DNA of 64,000 nucleotides. It comes from Scyliorhinus canicula (Eukaryota). Both the position numbers and the translations under genes were made by a program. Positions 1-11,839 of this stretch are shown in pieces (the first letter of the stretch is position 1; each line of letters begins with the position of its first letter). The stretch covers positions 12,752,185 through 12,816,184 of the forward strand of contig NC_052172.1 in the NCBI RefSeq assembly GCF_902713615.1, written 5' to 3'. The notes under the pieces were generated by a model. It was not told the origin of the DNA. It did not search any database and saw only the letters and a program-made list of their open reading frames with translations.

Positions 1-1423
1 AGGATAATCACTGGAATAGAAATGCAGAGTTAATGCCCTGGGGACATGTGTTCAAATCTCACCATGGGAGCTGGTGGAACTTCAATTCACTTAATCTATT
101 AAAAATGTGGAATTAGGAACCAGTCTTGGGTAATGCTGACCAGGAAACCATTGTTGTAAAAATCCAGGTTCGTGCATGTCCTATAGGGAAAGAAATCTGC
201 CCTCCTTACCGGGTCTGGCCTACTCGATGGGAGTTTTAAAAGGATGAGGAGGGAATCTTATTGAAACTTACGGAATATTGAGAGGCCAAGATAGAGTGGA
301 CTAGGGCAGCACGGTGGCGCAATGGGTTAGAGGTTCGATCCTGGCTCTGGCTCACTGTCCGTGTGGAGTTTGCACATTCTCCCCGTGTCTGCGTGGGTTT
401 CGCCCCCACAATCTAAAGATGTGCAGGGTAGGTGGATTGGCCATGCTAAATTGCCCCTTAATTGGAAAAAATGAATTGGGTACTCTAAATTTTTGGGGAA
501 AAAAAGATAGAGTGGACATGGAGAGCTTGTTTCCACTAGTAGGAAAAACTAGAACCCAGGACACAGCCTCAGACTGAAGGGACGATCCTTTAAAACTGAG
601 ATGAGGAGGAATTTCTTCAGCCAGAGGGTGGTGAATCTGTGGAGCTCTTTGCCGCAGAAGGCTGTGGAGGCCAAATCACTGAGTGACTTTAAGACAGAGA
701 GAGATAGGTTCTTGATCAAAAAGGGTATCAGGGGTTACGGGGCGAAGGCAGGAGAATGGGGGTGAGAAACATATCAGCCATGATCGAATGGCGGAGCAGG
801 CTCGATGGGCGGAGTGGCCTGATTCTGCTCCTATGTCTTACGGTCTACATGTGACACCAGACCCATGGCAATGTGGTCGACTCTTATCTCTTAGTGGGCA
901 GCACGATAGCACAGTGGTTAGCACTGTTGCTTCACAGCTTCAAGGTGCCAGGTTCGATTCCCGGCTCGGGTCACTGTTTGTGCGGAATCTGCACGTCCTC
1001 CCCGTGTCTGCGCGGGTTTCCTCCGGGTGCTCCGGTTTCCTCCCACAGTCCAAAGATGTGCAGGTTAGGGTGGATTGGCCGTGCTAAATCGCCCCTTAGT
1101 GTCCAAAACGGTTGGGTGGGTTGCTGGGTTATGGGGGTAGGGTGGAGGTGTGGGCTTGGGTCGGGTGCTGTTTCCAAGGGCCGGGGCAGACTCGATGGGC
1201 TGAATGGCCTCCTGCTGCACTGTAAATTCTCTGAACGCCTATGAAACGGCCGAGCAAGACACCATCTTTTCGGGGACATTTAGGGATGGCCAATAAACGT
1301 GGATGTGGTCGCTCGCGTCCCGTGAACAAATAAAGGAAAAAGTGCGTCAGAACTGTTCAGAACTCTGACCCCCCCCCCACACACACACACACACAACACA
1401 GGAAGGGTAACACCACGACATAC

Positions 1424-1504
1424 CGTACACCTCCCTTCTGTTGCAGGGTGTAGTGAGCGGCAGCAACATAAACGCCGTACATGCTTTGGGTATATCCATA
1501 GTAC
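1424..1504 (-). CDS. DMAC2: DMAC2/ATP5SL exon 3 (VYYGYTQSMYGVYVAAAHYTLQQKGGVR); gene continues beyond the left edge
   Basis: Acceptor TTTCTCTCTGTTGCAG; donor GTATGT; 81 nt, phase 2-2; resembles the DMAC2 segment ending ...AFFILKQGGAVK. Confidence 0.85.
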
Positions 1505-4269
1505 CTGCAACAGAGAGAAAAGCTGCAATTATATGGCGCCTTTCACGGAGCTGGAATCACAGCAGCCCTGTGCTCACAGTGCTCCGGTTTCCTCCCACAG
1601 TCGAAAGATGCGCAGGTTGGGTGGATTGGCCATGCTAAATTGCCCCTTAGCGCGCAAGGATGTGTCGGTTAGGTGGGGGTTACAGGGATAGGGTGGGGGA
1701 GTGGGCCTGGGCAGGGTGTTCTTTCAGAGGGCCAGTACAGACTCAATGGGCCAAATGGTCTCCTTCTTAGCGGGCTATCAGAGAGAACTACCCTGTTTGT
1801 ATTCGAAATAGAGTCTTGGGATGTTTTACAAGCCTCTGAGGGGGTAGACCAAGCCTCACTTTAATATTTCACTCAAAAGGGCAGCACCTCCGACAGTGCA
1901 GCACTCTCTCAGTGTAGCACTGCGGGCATTATTGGGAGGCAGCGGCCCAGTGGCACTGTCACTGGACCAGAGACCCAGGGTGATGCTCTGGGGACCCACG
2001 TTCAAATCCTGCCACTGCAGATGGTAAAATTTGAATTCATTAAAAATCTGGAATTAGAAGCCGAATGATGGTCAGCACTGCTGCCTCACGGCATCGAGGT
2101 CCCAGGTTCGATCCCGGCCTCGGTCCGTGTGGAGTTTGCACATTCTCCCCATCTGTGCGTGGGTCTCACCCCCACAACCCAAAGATGTGCAGGGTAGGTG
2201 GATTGGCCACGCTAAATTGCCCCTTAATTGGGGAAAAAAGAATTAGGCACTTTACATTTTTTTGAAAAAGAAGTCTAACGATGACCATGACATCATTGTC
2301 GACTGTCGTAAAAACCCATCTGGTTCACGAATGTCCTTTAGGGAAGGAAATCTGCCGTCCTTACCCGGTCTGGCCTACATGTGACTCCAGACCCCAGCGA
2401 TGTGGTTGAATCTTAACTGCCTCCTCAAGGGCAATTAGGGATGGGCAATAAATGCTGGCACAGCGACGCCCACGTTTCATGAATGAATTTTTTAAAAAAT
2501 CAGTCCAGATGCTCAAGTCTGGTGTTTTGGGCACAGCGGCTTCTGGTTCTGAGGCAGGTGTGTGGCCCATTCAGCTATGGCTGGCACTCAGGGGGTACTG
2601 AGGCCAAAGAACCAGGCCAAGGCCGAGCATGAACTGGAATCGCTGAGCTCGCTCTGGTTCAATGCATGTTCCTGCTGAGCCACGCGGGAACTGGCCTCTC
2701 TCGCATCCTGTGTCAGGAAGTCAGATGGATCATCAACCTGAACAACAAAAGACCCTTCGCACAATCAGCAGCATTCCTGAAAACAGGATGCGGATAGAGT
2801 AGGGAACATACCGCCGGCCAACAGGAAGCTCCACCCCCTTCACATTCCACCTGCCTTTTGCGGATCACATCGACTGGATGAGGTTTTTAACTGAGTTCCT
2901 GTTTGGGCTGGTGTAGCGGATCCACAAGCATCGTTTCAAAGATGTGCGCATGGGGTGGGGGGGGCTTCTTCGCCGTGTCCCAGTCAATCGCTAAGTCGAT
3001 TTAAAATTGACCCCTGAAGGTTGAAGGGGGTTTTTCTTCCCAGCCCCCAATTACCCATCACAGCACTGGAACCGGGTAAACCTCTATAGTGAGGCCGCAG
3101 CGGGAGTATTGTGTGCAGTTCCGGCCACCGCACGATAGTAGTGTTGTGATTGCACTGGAGGTAGAGAACAGAGAACGTTTACGAGGATGCTGCCTGGAGT
3201 GGAGACTTTTATTTACGGGGCCGAGGTTAGGGAGTAGAGGTGGATGAGGGGAGACTTAAATAAACTGGATAAAATTGTGAGGGGACAGAGTGGATAGGAA
3301 GGCCCGACTACCCTTGGTTGAGGGGTGCAATGACCAGGAGGCATAGATTTAGGGAAGAGGTGGAGGTGGGGGTGGGGTTTAAAGGGTATAGAATCCATAG
3401 AATTTGCAGTGCAGGAGGCCATTCAGCCTATCGAGTCTGCACCGGCCCTACTAAGCCCCTTTATCCCCGTAACACAACATAACATTTTTGGACACTAAGG
3501 GCAATTTATCACGACCAATCCACCCAACCTGCATGTCTTTGGACTGTGGGAGGAAACCGGAGCACCCGGAGGAAACCCACGCAGGCACGGGGAGAACGTG
3601 GAGACTCCGCACAGACAGTGACCCATGTCAGGAATCGAACCTGGGACCCTGGAGCTGTGAAGCATCTGTGCTAACCACTATACTAGCGTGCTGCCCTCAA
3701 GGGGAGTTGAGTTTCTTTCACCCCGAGGGTGGTGGGGATCTGCAACCCACTCACTGTCCGAAAGGACGGTCGAGTCAGAAATCCTCATCTCATTTGCCCC
3801 TGAACTGCCCGAAGCTCCAAGGTGGGAATAGGCTGGAGGGGTAGGTGTCAGCTGGCACCAGCACGATGGGCCAAATGGCCACCTCCTGTGCTGGAAATTC
3901 CTACGAAGCCAATCACACTTTAATCCCCTGTCCGTGCGGAGTCTGCGGGGCTGGGAGGGGGTCCCGTCTTCAGTGCTCTGTCCTTTCCAGCTGTATGGCA
4001 CATATAGTAACACAGACTCTGCTCGATTCTCGGAGAGCTGCATCAATGTGAGCAACTCTGGAGAAAAACCATCCGAGACATTAAAAAAGGCTTCTTTTTC
4101 AAATACATTTTCTTGGAAGATGTCTCTTTACCATCTGAAAATGGCAAAGGAGGGCAGAGCATCACAGGGGTGGATCTGTTGGCCGACGAATGTGGGAGCC
4201 TGGGGGGCGGGGAGGTCATGGGATGAAAACTCCAGGAATACATTTGATCACATTTTGCAACCCGAGAGC

Positions 4270-4590
4270 CAGAAGGCTGGGAGTTCAAATCCCGCGTCAG
4301 AGACTTGAGCTCCAATCCAGGCTGATCACCTAGGGCAACACGAGGGAGTGCTGCAGTGCGGCAGAAGTTGCAATTTGTGCGAGACGTTCGACCGACAGCC
4401 CGATTGCCGTCTCGGGCGGATGTAAACAATCCCACGGCACTATTTCGAAGAACTGCCGGAGATTCCACTCCAGGGTTATGGATATTTATCCCACAATCCA
4501 CATCACAACAATCGATCCAGTCAGTAACACTGGTTACTGATTGCGGGATCCTTCTATGTAAATTGCATTTCCAATGTTATAACAATGACA
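4270..4590 (+). mobile_element. Degraded Deu-domain (SacSINE1-like) SINE
   Basis: GAGGGAGTGCTGCA..GGATGTAAA..ATCCCA.GGCACTATTTCGAAGA pattern; further relics near 1810-1925, 16070-16230 and 39600-40030. Confidence 0.55.
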
Positions 4591-4600
4591 GCGCTTAAAG

Positions 4601-5130
4601 GTGGTAGCCATGATGTGGAGATGCCGGTGTTGGACTGGGGTGAGCACAGTAAGAAGTTTGGGGGCAGCAGGGTAGCATGGTGGTTAGCATAAATGCTTCA
4701 CAGCGCCAGGGTCCCAGGTTCGATTCCCGGCTGGGTCACTGTCTGTGTGGAGTCTGCACGTCCTCCCCGTGTGTGCGTGGGGTTTCCTCCCACAGTCCAA
4801 AGATGTGCGGGTTAGGTGGATTGGCCATGCTAAATTGCCCGTAGTGTCCTAAAAAGTAATGTTAAGGGGGGGTTGTTGGGTTACGGGTATAGGGTGGATA
4901 CGTGGGTTTGAGTAGGGTGATCATGGCTTGGCACAACATTGAGGGCCGAAGGGCCTGTTCTGTGCTGTACTGTTCTATGTTCTTACAACATCAGGTTAAA
5001 GTCCAACAGGTTTGTTTCAAACACGAGCTTTCGGAGCACTGCTCCACTCACCTGAGGAAGAAGCAGTGCTCCGAAAGCTAGTGTTTGAAACAAACATGTT
5101 GGACTTTAACCTGGTGTTGTAAGGCTTCTT
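4601..5130 (+). mobile_element. Short Penelope-like palindromic element with a nested V-SINE (~4660-4981)
   Basis: 13-bp TSD ACAGCGCTTAAAG (4588-4600, 5131-5143); 62-bp inverted arms 4982-5043 and 5062-5123; related degraded copy at ~57140-57290. Confidence 0.7.
5049..5083 (+). ncRNA. Minimal type I hammerhead ribozyme-like motif
   Basis: CAC-CTGAGGA-AGAAGCAGTGCTCC-GAAA-GCTA-GTG: CUGANGA box, stem II with one mismatch, GAAA box, short AGCU helix III, CAC/GUG stem I. Confidence 0.6.
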
Positions 5131-5409
5131 ACAGCGCTTAAAGAGAGGCTGCAGGACGCATTGGGACATCCTTTGTGTAAGGTTTCAGAAACGAGAACAG
5201 AAATGGCTGGGAATACTTTATCTGCGGAGACAGGAGTTAAGGTGGATGACTGTTATACCGCGGTCATTGGCCGGAAACACAAACTCCATTTCTCGCTCCA
5301 CAGAGCTGCCTGACCTGTTGAGTATTTCCAGAATTTGCCGTTGCTGTTTCAGATTCCCAGCGTCCGCATTTGGGTTGTGAAACTTTTCTGTTAGCCAAAC
5401 AAAACTCAC

Positions 5410-5591
5410 ACGTTTTTCCTCCGCAGGTTCCAATTTTGAAATGCAAGGTTCCAGTTGAAAAGGTTTTCAATGTCGTAAAAGCGTTGGTAAAGTTTCAGCA
5501 GCCACCGCTGTGCCCAGCGACCCTGCGCCAGCCTGGAGGGGTCAAAGTGCGCCCAGCAGCGGCCTGGCACCAGCAGCTGCTGGGCCGCAAG
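5410..5591 (-). CDS. DMAC2: DMAC2/ATP5SL exon 2 (LAAQQ...LLKLYQRFYDIENLFNWNLAFQNWNLRRKN)
   Basis: Acceptor CTAATTGCAG; donor GTGAGT; 182 nt, phase 2; FYDIE...KN pattern recalled from DMAC2. Confidence 0.85.
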
Positions 5592-5639
5592 CTGCAATTA
5601 GACAGAGCGAGTCACCAACCATCATCGGGCCGGAGCAGT

Positions 5640-8520
5640 GACACCGACAGTCCCCTCCTCCCCCACTGACCGGTGACACTGCCCCCCCTACCACCCCCAC
5701 ACTGACCCCCCCCCCTCCCCCACACACTAACCCCCCTCCCCCACACTGACCCCCCCCCTCCCCCACACTGACCCCCGCTCCCCCACACTGACCGGTGACA
5801 CTGCCCCCCCTACCACCCCCACACTGATCCCCCCCTCCACCACACTGACCGGTGCCACTGCCCTCCCCCACACACTAACCCCCCTCCCCCACACTGACCC
5901 CCCCTCCCCCACACTGACCCCCCCTCCCCCACACTGACCGGTGACACTGCCCCCCCTACCACCCCCACACTGACCGGTGCCACTGCCCCTCCCACACACT
6001 GACCCCCCCTCCCCCACACTGACCCCGCTCCCCCACACTGACTGGTGACACTGCCCCCCCTACCACCCCCACTGACCCCCGCTCCCCCACACTGACCCCC
6101 CCCCCCTCCCCCACACTGACCGGTGCCACTGCCCCTCCCCCACACTGACCCCCCCCCCCACACTGACCCCCGCTCCCCCACACTGACCGGTGACACTGCC
6201 CCCCCTACCACTCCCACACTGACCCCCGCTCCCCACACTGACCGGTGACACTGCTCCCCCTACCACCCCCACACTGACCCCCTACCACCCCCACACTGAC
6301 CCCCCCTCCCCCACACTGACCCCCGCTCCCCCACACGCTAACCCCCTCCCCCACACTAACCACCCTCCCCCACACCGACCCCCTCCCCCACACCGACCCC
6401 CCTCCCCCACACCGACCCCCCTCCCCCACACTGACTCCTCCTCCCCCACACTGACCGGTGCCACTGCCCCCCCCACGCTAACCCCCCTCCCCCACACTGA
6501 CCCCCCCCCTCCTCCCCCACACTGACCGGTGACACTGCCCCTCCCCCCCACACTGACCCCCGCTCCTCCACACTGACCGGTGACACTGCCCCCCCTACCA
6601 CCCCCACACTGACCCCCCCCTCCCCACACTGACCCCCGCTCCCCCGCACTGACCCCTCCTCCCCCACACTGACCCCCGTTCCCCCACTGACCCCCGTTCC
6701 CCCACACTGACCCCCCCCACACTGACCCCCGCTCCCCCGCACTGACCCCTCCTCCCCCACACTGACCCCCGCTCCCCCGCACTGACCCTCCTCCCCCACA
6801 CTGACCCCCCTACCACCCCCACACTGACCCCCCCCCTCCCCACACTGACCCCCGCTCCCCCGCACTGACCCCTCCTCCCCCATACTGACCCCCGCTCCCC
6901 CACACTGACCGGTGACACTGCCCCTCCCCCACACTGACCCCCGCTCCCCCACACTGAACCCCCCTCCCCCACACTGACCGGTGACACTGCCCCCCCTACT
7001 ACCCCACACTGACCCCCCCTCCCCCACTGACCGGTGACACTGACCCCCCCCCACACTGACCCCCCCACCCCCACACTAATCCCCCCCCCCACTGATCCCC
7101 CCTCCCCCACACTGACCGGTGACATTGCCCCCCCCCACACACTAACCCCCCCTCCCCCACACTGACCCCCCCTCCCCCACACTGACCGGTGATACTGCCT
7201 TCCCCCCCCCCCCACTAACCCCCCTCCCCCACAGTGACAGGTGACACTGCCCCCCCTACCACCCCCACACTGACCCCCAATCCCCACACTGACCCTCCCT
7301 CCCCCACTGACCGGTGACACTGCCCCCCCACCACCCCCACACTGACCCCAACTCCCCCACACTGACCGGTGACACTGCTCCCCCTACCACCCCCACACTG
7401 ACCCCCCCCCTCCCCCACACTGACCCCCCCCTCCCACACTGACCCCCCCCTCCCCACACTGATCCCCCCTCCACACACTAACCCCCCTCCCCCACACTGA
7501 TCCCCCCTCCCCCACACTGACCGGTGACACTGCCCCCCCTACCACTCCCACACTGACCCCCCCTCCCCCACACTGACCCCCCCTCCACACACTAACTCCC
7601 CGCCCCCACAGTGACCGGTGACACTAACTCCCCTCCCCCACACTGACCAACCCCCCTCCCCCACAGTGACCGGTGACACTAACCCCCCCTCCCCCACACT
7701 GACCGGTGATACTGCCTCCACCCCCCCACACTAACCCCCCTCCCCCACAGTGACCGGTGACACTAACCCCCCCTCCCCCACACTGACCGGTGATACTGCC
7801 TCCCCCCCCCCCCCACACACAACCCCCCCCACACCGACCGGTGACACTAACCCCCCTCCCCCCCAATAACCCACCCCCCCTACACTGACCGGTGACACTG
7901 CCTCCCCCCCCTACACTAACCCTCCTCCCCCACACTGACCGGTGATACTGCCTCCACCCCCCACACTAACCCCCCTCCCCCACAGTGACCGGTGATACTG
8001 CCTCCACCCCCCACACTAACCCCCCTCCCCCACAGTGACCGGTGACACGAACCCTCCTCCCCCACACTGACCGGTGATACTGCCTCCACCCCCCACACTA
8101 ACCCCCCTCCCCCACAGTGACCGGTGACACTAACCCTCCTCCCCCACACTGACCGGTGACACTGCCCCCCCACCACCCCCACACTGACCCCCCCTCCCCA
8201 CACTGACCCGTAACACTGACCCCCCCTCCCCACATTGACCAGTCACACTGACCCCCCCTCCCCACACTGACCAGTAACACTGCCCCCCCACTGACCAGTG
8301 ACACTGCCCCCCCCACTGACCAGTGACACTGCCCCCACCACCCTGACCCCCCTCCTCACACTGACAAGTGACACTGACCCCCCCACTGACCAGTGACACT
8401 GCCCCCACCACCCTGACCCCCCTCCTCACACTGACCAGTCACACTGATCCCCCTCCCCAACACTACCCCCCTACACCACACTGACCAATGACACTGACCC
8501 CCCCCCCCCCCCCCCCCCCC
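5640..8520. repeat. C-rich minisatellite (CCCCACACTGAC / CCGGTGACACTG variants) in DMAC2 intron 1
   Basis: Directly visible. Confidence 0.95.
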
Positions 8521-8589
8521 GTGGGCGTGATCTTTGTGCCAGGGGCGGGGTCTCGGATCCAGGGGGCGGGGCCTTTGTGCCAGGGGCGG

Positions 8590-9935
8590 GGTCTCTGTGT
8601 TGGGGGTCTCTGTGTTGGGGCGGGGTCTGTGTGTTGGGGGGTCTCTGTGTTGGGGGTGTGTGTGTTGGGGGGGTCACTGTGTTGGGGGGTCTCTGTGTTG
8701 GGGGGGTCACTGTGTTGGGGGTGTGTGTGTTGGGGGGAGTCTCTGTGTTGGGGGGGTGTGTGTTGGGGGGTCTCTGTGTTGGGGGTCTCTGTGTTTGGGG
8801 GGTCTCTGTGTTGGGGGGTCTCTGTGTTGGGGGTCTCTGTGTTGGGGGGTCTCTGTGTTGGGGGGTCTCTGTGTTGGGGGGTCTCTGTGTTGGGGGGGGT
8901 CTGTGTGTTGGGGGGGTCTCTGTGTTGGGGGTTCTCTGTGTTGGGGGGTCTGTGTTGGGGGGTCTCTGCGTTGGGGGGTCTCTGTGTTGGGGGGTCTGTG
9001 TTAGGGGGTCTGTGTTGGGGGGGTGTGTTGGGGTGCTCTGAGTGTTGGGGGGGTCTCTGTGTTGGGGGGTCTCTGTGTTGGGGTGGGTCTCTGTGTTGGG
9101 GGGTGTGTGTTGGGGGGTCTGTGTTGGGGGTCTCTGTGTTTGGGGGGTCTCTGTGTTGGGGGTCTCTGCGTTGGGGGGTCTCTGTGTTGGGGGGTCTGCA
9201 TTGGTGGGTCTCTGTGTTGGTGGGTCTCTGTGTTGGGGGGTCTCTGTGTTGGGGGGTCTCTGTGTTGGGGGGTCTCTGTGTTGGGGGGTCTCTGTGTTGG
9301 GGGGGGGCTCTGTGTTGGGGGGTCTCTGTGTTGGGGGGGTCACTGCGTTGGGGGTCTCTGTGTTGGGGGGTCTCTGCGTTGGGGGGGTCTGTGTGTTGGG
9401 GCGGGTCTGTGTGTTGGGGGGGTCTCTGTGTTGGGGGGTCTCTGTGTTGGGGGGGCTCTGTGTTGGGGGGGGGTCTGTGTGTTGGGGGGGGTCTGTGTGT
9501 TGGGGGGGGTCTGTGTGTTGGGGGGGTCTCTGTGTTGGGGGGGTCTCTGTGTGTTGGGGGGTCTGTGTGTTGGGAGGGTCTCTGTGTTGTGGGTGTCTCT
9601 GTGTTGGGGGGGTCTCTGTGTTGGGGGGGTCTCTGTGTTGTGGGTGTCTCTGTGTTGGGGGGGTCTCTGTGTTGGGGAGGGTTTGTGTGTTGGGGGGGGT
9701 CTGTGTGTTGGGGGGTCTGTGTATCGGGGGGGTCTCTGTGTCGGGGGGGTCTCTGTGTTGGGGGGTCTCTGTGTTGGGGGGGTCTCTGTGTTGGGGGGGT
9801 CTCTGTGTTGGGGGGGGTCTCTGTGTTGGGGGGGGTCTCTGTGTTGGGGGGGTCTCTGTGTTGGGGGGGTCTCTGTGTTGGGGGGTGTCTCTGTGTTGGG
9901 GGGGTCTCTGTGTTGGGGGGTCTCTGTGTTGGGGG
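8590..9935. repeat. G-rich ~15-17 bp minisatellite (GGGGTCTCTGTGTT) in DMAC2 intron 1
   Basis: Directly visible. Confidence 0.95.
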
Positions 9936-9994
9936 ATTCCCTTTGCCGCGCGACCCCCCTTGTGGCGGGGGAAGCGCGGGTTCCGGTTCCCTAC

Positions 9995-10051
9995 CGTCCC
10001 CCGTGAAGCGACCCCTGACCGGCGGCCCAGCACCGCCGCCGCCGCCGCCAT
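9995..10051 (-). CDS. DMAC2: DMAC2/ATP5SL exon 1 (MAAAAAVLGRRSGVASRGT, mitochondrial presequence-like)
   Basis: ATG in good context (AGGATGG) within a CpG-rich segment; donor ACG|GTAGGG, phase 0 matching exon 2. A weaker phase-0 donor after MAAAAA is an alternative. Confidence 0.7.
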
Positions 10052-10154
10052 CCTGGCCGCAGTACCGCCAAGGAGGCCGCGCCGAGGGCAAGAGCGGCCC
10101 TTTACCCGGCGGCAGTGGAGCCGGGAGGATTGTAACCCCGTGTAGCCCCGCTAG

Positions 10155-10845
10155 TGGCCGGAGGACCGAAGTGCAGCTCAGCGGCAGTGCAGTCGGGAGT
10201 CGTGGAACCCGGTGTCGGGCTGCTGCTGGAGGCCGGAGGTCCGAACTGCCACTCAGTGGCGGTGCAGCGAGGTGGGAGGTGGGGAAACGCGGTGTGGTGC
10301 CGCTGGAGGCCGGAGGACCAAACTGCCGCTCAGTGGCGGTGCAGCGAGGCGGGGAAACGCGGTCTGGCGCCGTTGGAGGCCGGAGGACCGAACTGCAGCT
10401 CAGTGGCAGTGCAGAGAGGCGGGAAAACGCGGTCTGGCGCCGCTGGAGGCCGGAGGACCGAACTGCAGCTCAGTGGCGGTGCAGTGAGGCGAGAGGTGGG
10501 GAAACGCGGTCTGGCGCCGCTGGAGGCCGGAGGACCGAAATGCAGCTCAGTGGCAGTGCAGCGAGGTGGGAGGTGGGGAAACGCGGTCTGGCGCCGCTGG
10601 AGGCCGGAAGACCGAACTGCAGCTCAGTGTCAGTGCAGCGGGGCGGGAGGTGGGGAAACGCGGTCTGGCGCCGCTGAAGGCTGGAGGACCGAACTGCAGC
10701 TCAGTGGCAGTGCAGCGAGGCGGGGAAACGCGGTCTGGCGCCGCTGGAGGCCGGAGGACCGAACTGCAGCTCAGTGGCAGTGCAGTGAGGCGGGGAAACG
10801 CGGTATGGCGCCGCTGGAGGCCGGAGGACCGAACTGCAGCTCAAC
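10155..10845. repeat. CpG-rich 70/77-bp tandem repeat, ~10 copies, upstream of the DMAC2 ATG
   Basis: Unit GGGGAAACGCGGTCTGGCGCCGCTGGAGGCCGGAGGACCGAACTGCAGCTCAGTGGCAGTGCAG. Confidence 0.93.
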
Positions 10846-11639
10846 GTGAATTGGAGAATTGAGAGACTGGCTCCCTGGTTAACCTTTTAATCTTCTGTAA
10901 AAGATGAGGGAAACCAGCAGCTCTTTATTTATTGGTGCGGCGTCTTCAGCAACAGTTCTGCTGAACTCCCCCAAAGCTCTTTGCAGTGGGTGAATTAATC
11001 TTTGAAGGGGAATCACTGGCAGCCTAATTGTGCACAGCAAGATCCCAGAAACAGCAATGAGATATGAGCAGGTCACCTGTCTTTGCCACGTGGGCTAACC
11101 GTTAGATAAAGTGTCTGATTTATTTTGACAACCATCTTTAGGATGAGATTTTAAGGGGAGGCCTTTCCTCCTCACTCAGGGTGGTGTAAAAGTTTGTCTT
11201 CCAGAGCTCCAAGCGGAGAAGGATTTCAGCTTGGTCCTGAAAAAAAGTTAATCTCTCCAAAGGACTCTGCACTAAGATAAGCAAGTAAAACCTGGTTGTT
11301 AACCTATGGTATTTGAAATGGGATGCTTAATTGGAATGTAGAGGCAGATTTCAGGAAGCAAGATTCACCCATTTACCTGTAAAGCTATTTCTTTGTTGGC
11401 CAATGTCCATAATTTTGTGTTCAAATCAAAAGTTTGTTTTAATATAAAAGCTGTCTATTGGTCAGTTATCACTCCTGTGGAGCCGTGACATTTCCTCATT
11501 TTCCCAAATGCAAATATTTGGGTTCTAATCCGGGATCTTAACCAAAAATGGGGATCTGGTCCATTTCCCCTTGCAATAAACGAGAACACAAAATCCAATC
11601 TGGCAGAAAGCTGCAGGAATCAAAGATGCTGGAGATCAA

Positions 11640-11810
11640 AGGGGCTGGTTTAGCTCACTCGGCTAAACCGCTGGCTTTTAAAGCAGACCAGCAGCACGGT
11701 TCGATTCCCGTACCAGCCTCCCCGGACAGGTGCCGGAATGTGGCGACTAGGGGCTTTTCGCAGTAACTTCATTGAAGCCTACTCGTGACAATAAGCGATT
11801 TTCATTTCAG
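11640..11810 (+). mobile_element. Short tRNA-head SINE (also 37500-37855 x2, 49540-49719, 53972-54138, 56208-56385)
   Basis: GGGGCTGGTTTAGCTCA..GGTTCGATTCC head plus GGAATGTGGCGACTAGGGGCTTTTC..GTGACAATAAG tail. Confidence 0.8.
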
Positions 11811-11833
11811 AGAACGATCCATCAATTAAGCAA

Positions 11834-11839
11834 TTTATT
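11834..11839 (-). terminator. Candidate PRSS16 polyadenylation signal (AATAAA)
   Basis: TTTATT on the + strand at the end of an AT-rich UTR-like stretch ~1.6 kb past the stop; other candidates exist near 10924 and 11119. Confidence 0.4.

Noticed and set aside
3990-4190. Exon-like unique segment in DMAC2 intron 2
   Set aside because: No frame fits DMAC2 or another recognisable protein; exons 2 and 3 already join in phase.
5370-5669. Plus-strand ORF with acceptor-like CCGCAG
   Set aside because: It is the antisense of DMAC2 exon 2.
5542-10862. Long Gly/Val/Cys- or Pro/Thr/Gln-rich ORFs (up to 729 aa)
   Set aside because: Open in several frames on both strands because they run through minisatellites; only the first 19 codons at 10051 are plausibly real.
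11640-11720. tRNA-like sequences with A/B boxes throughout the window
   Set aside because: They are SINE heads continuing into shared SINE bodies, not intact cloverleaf tRNA genes.
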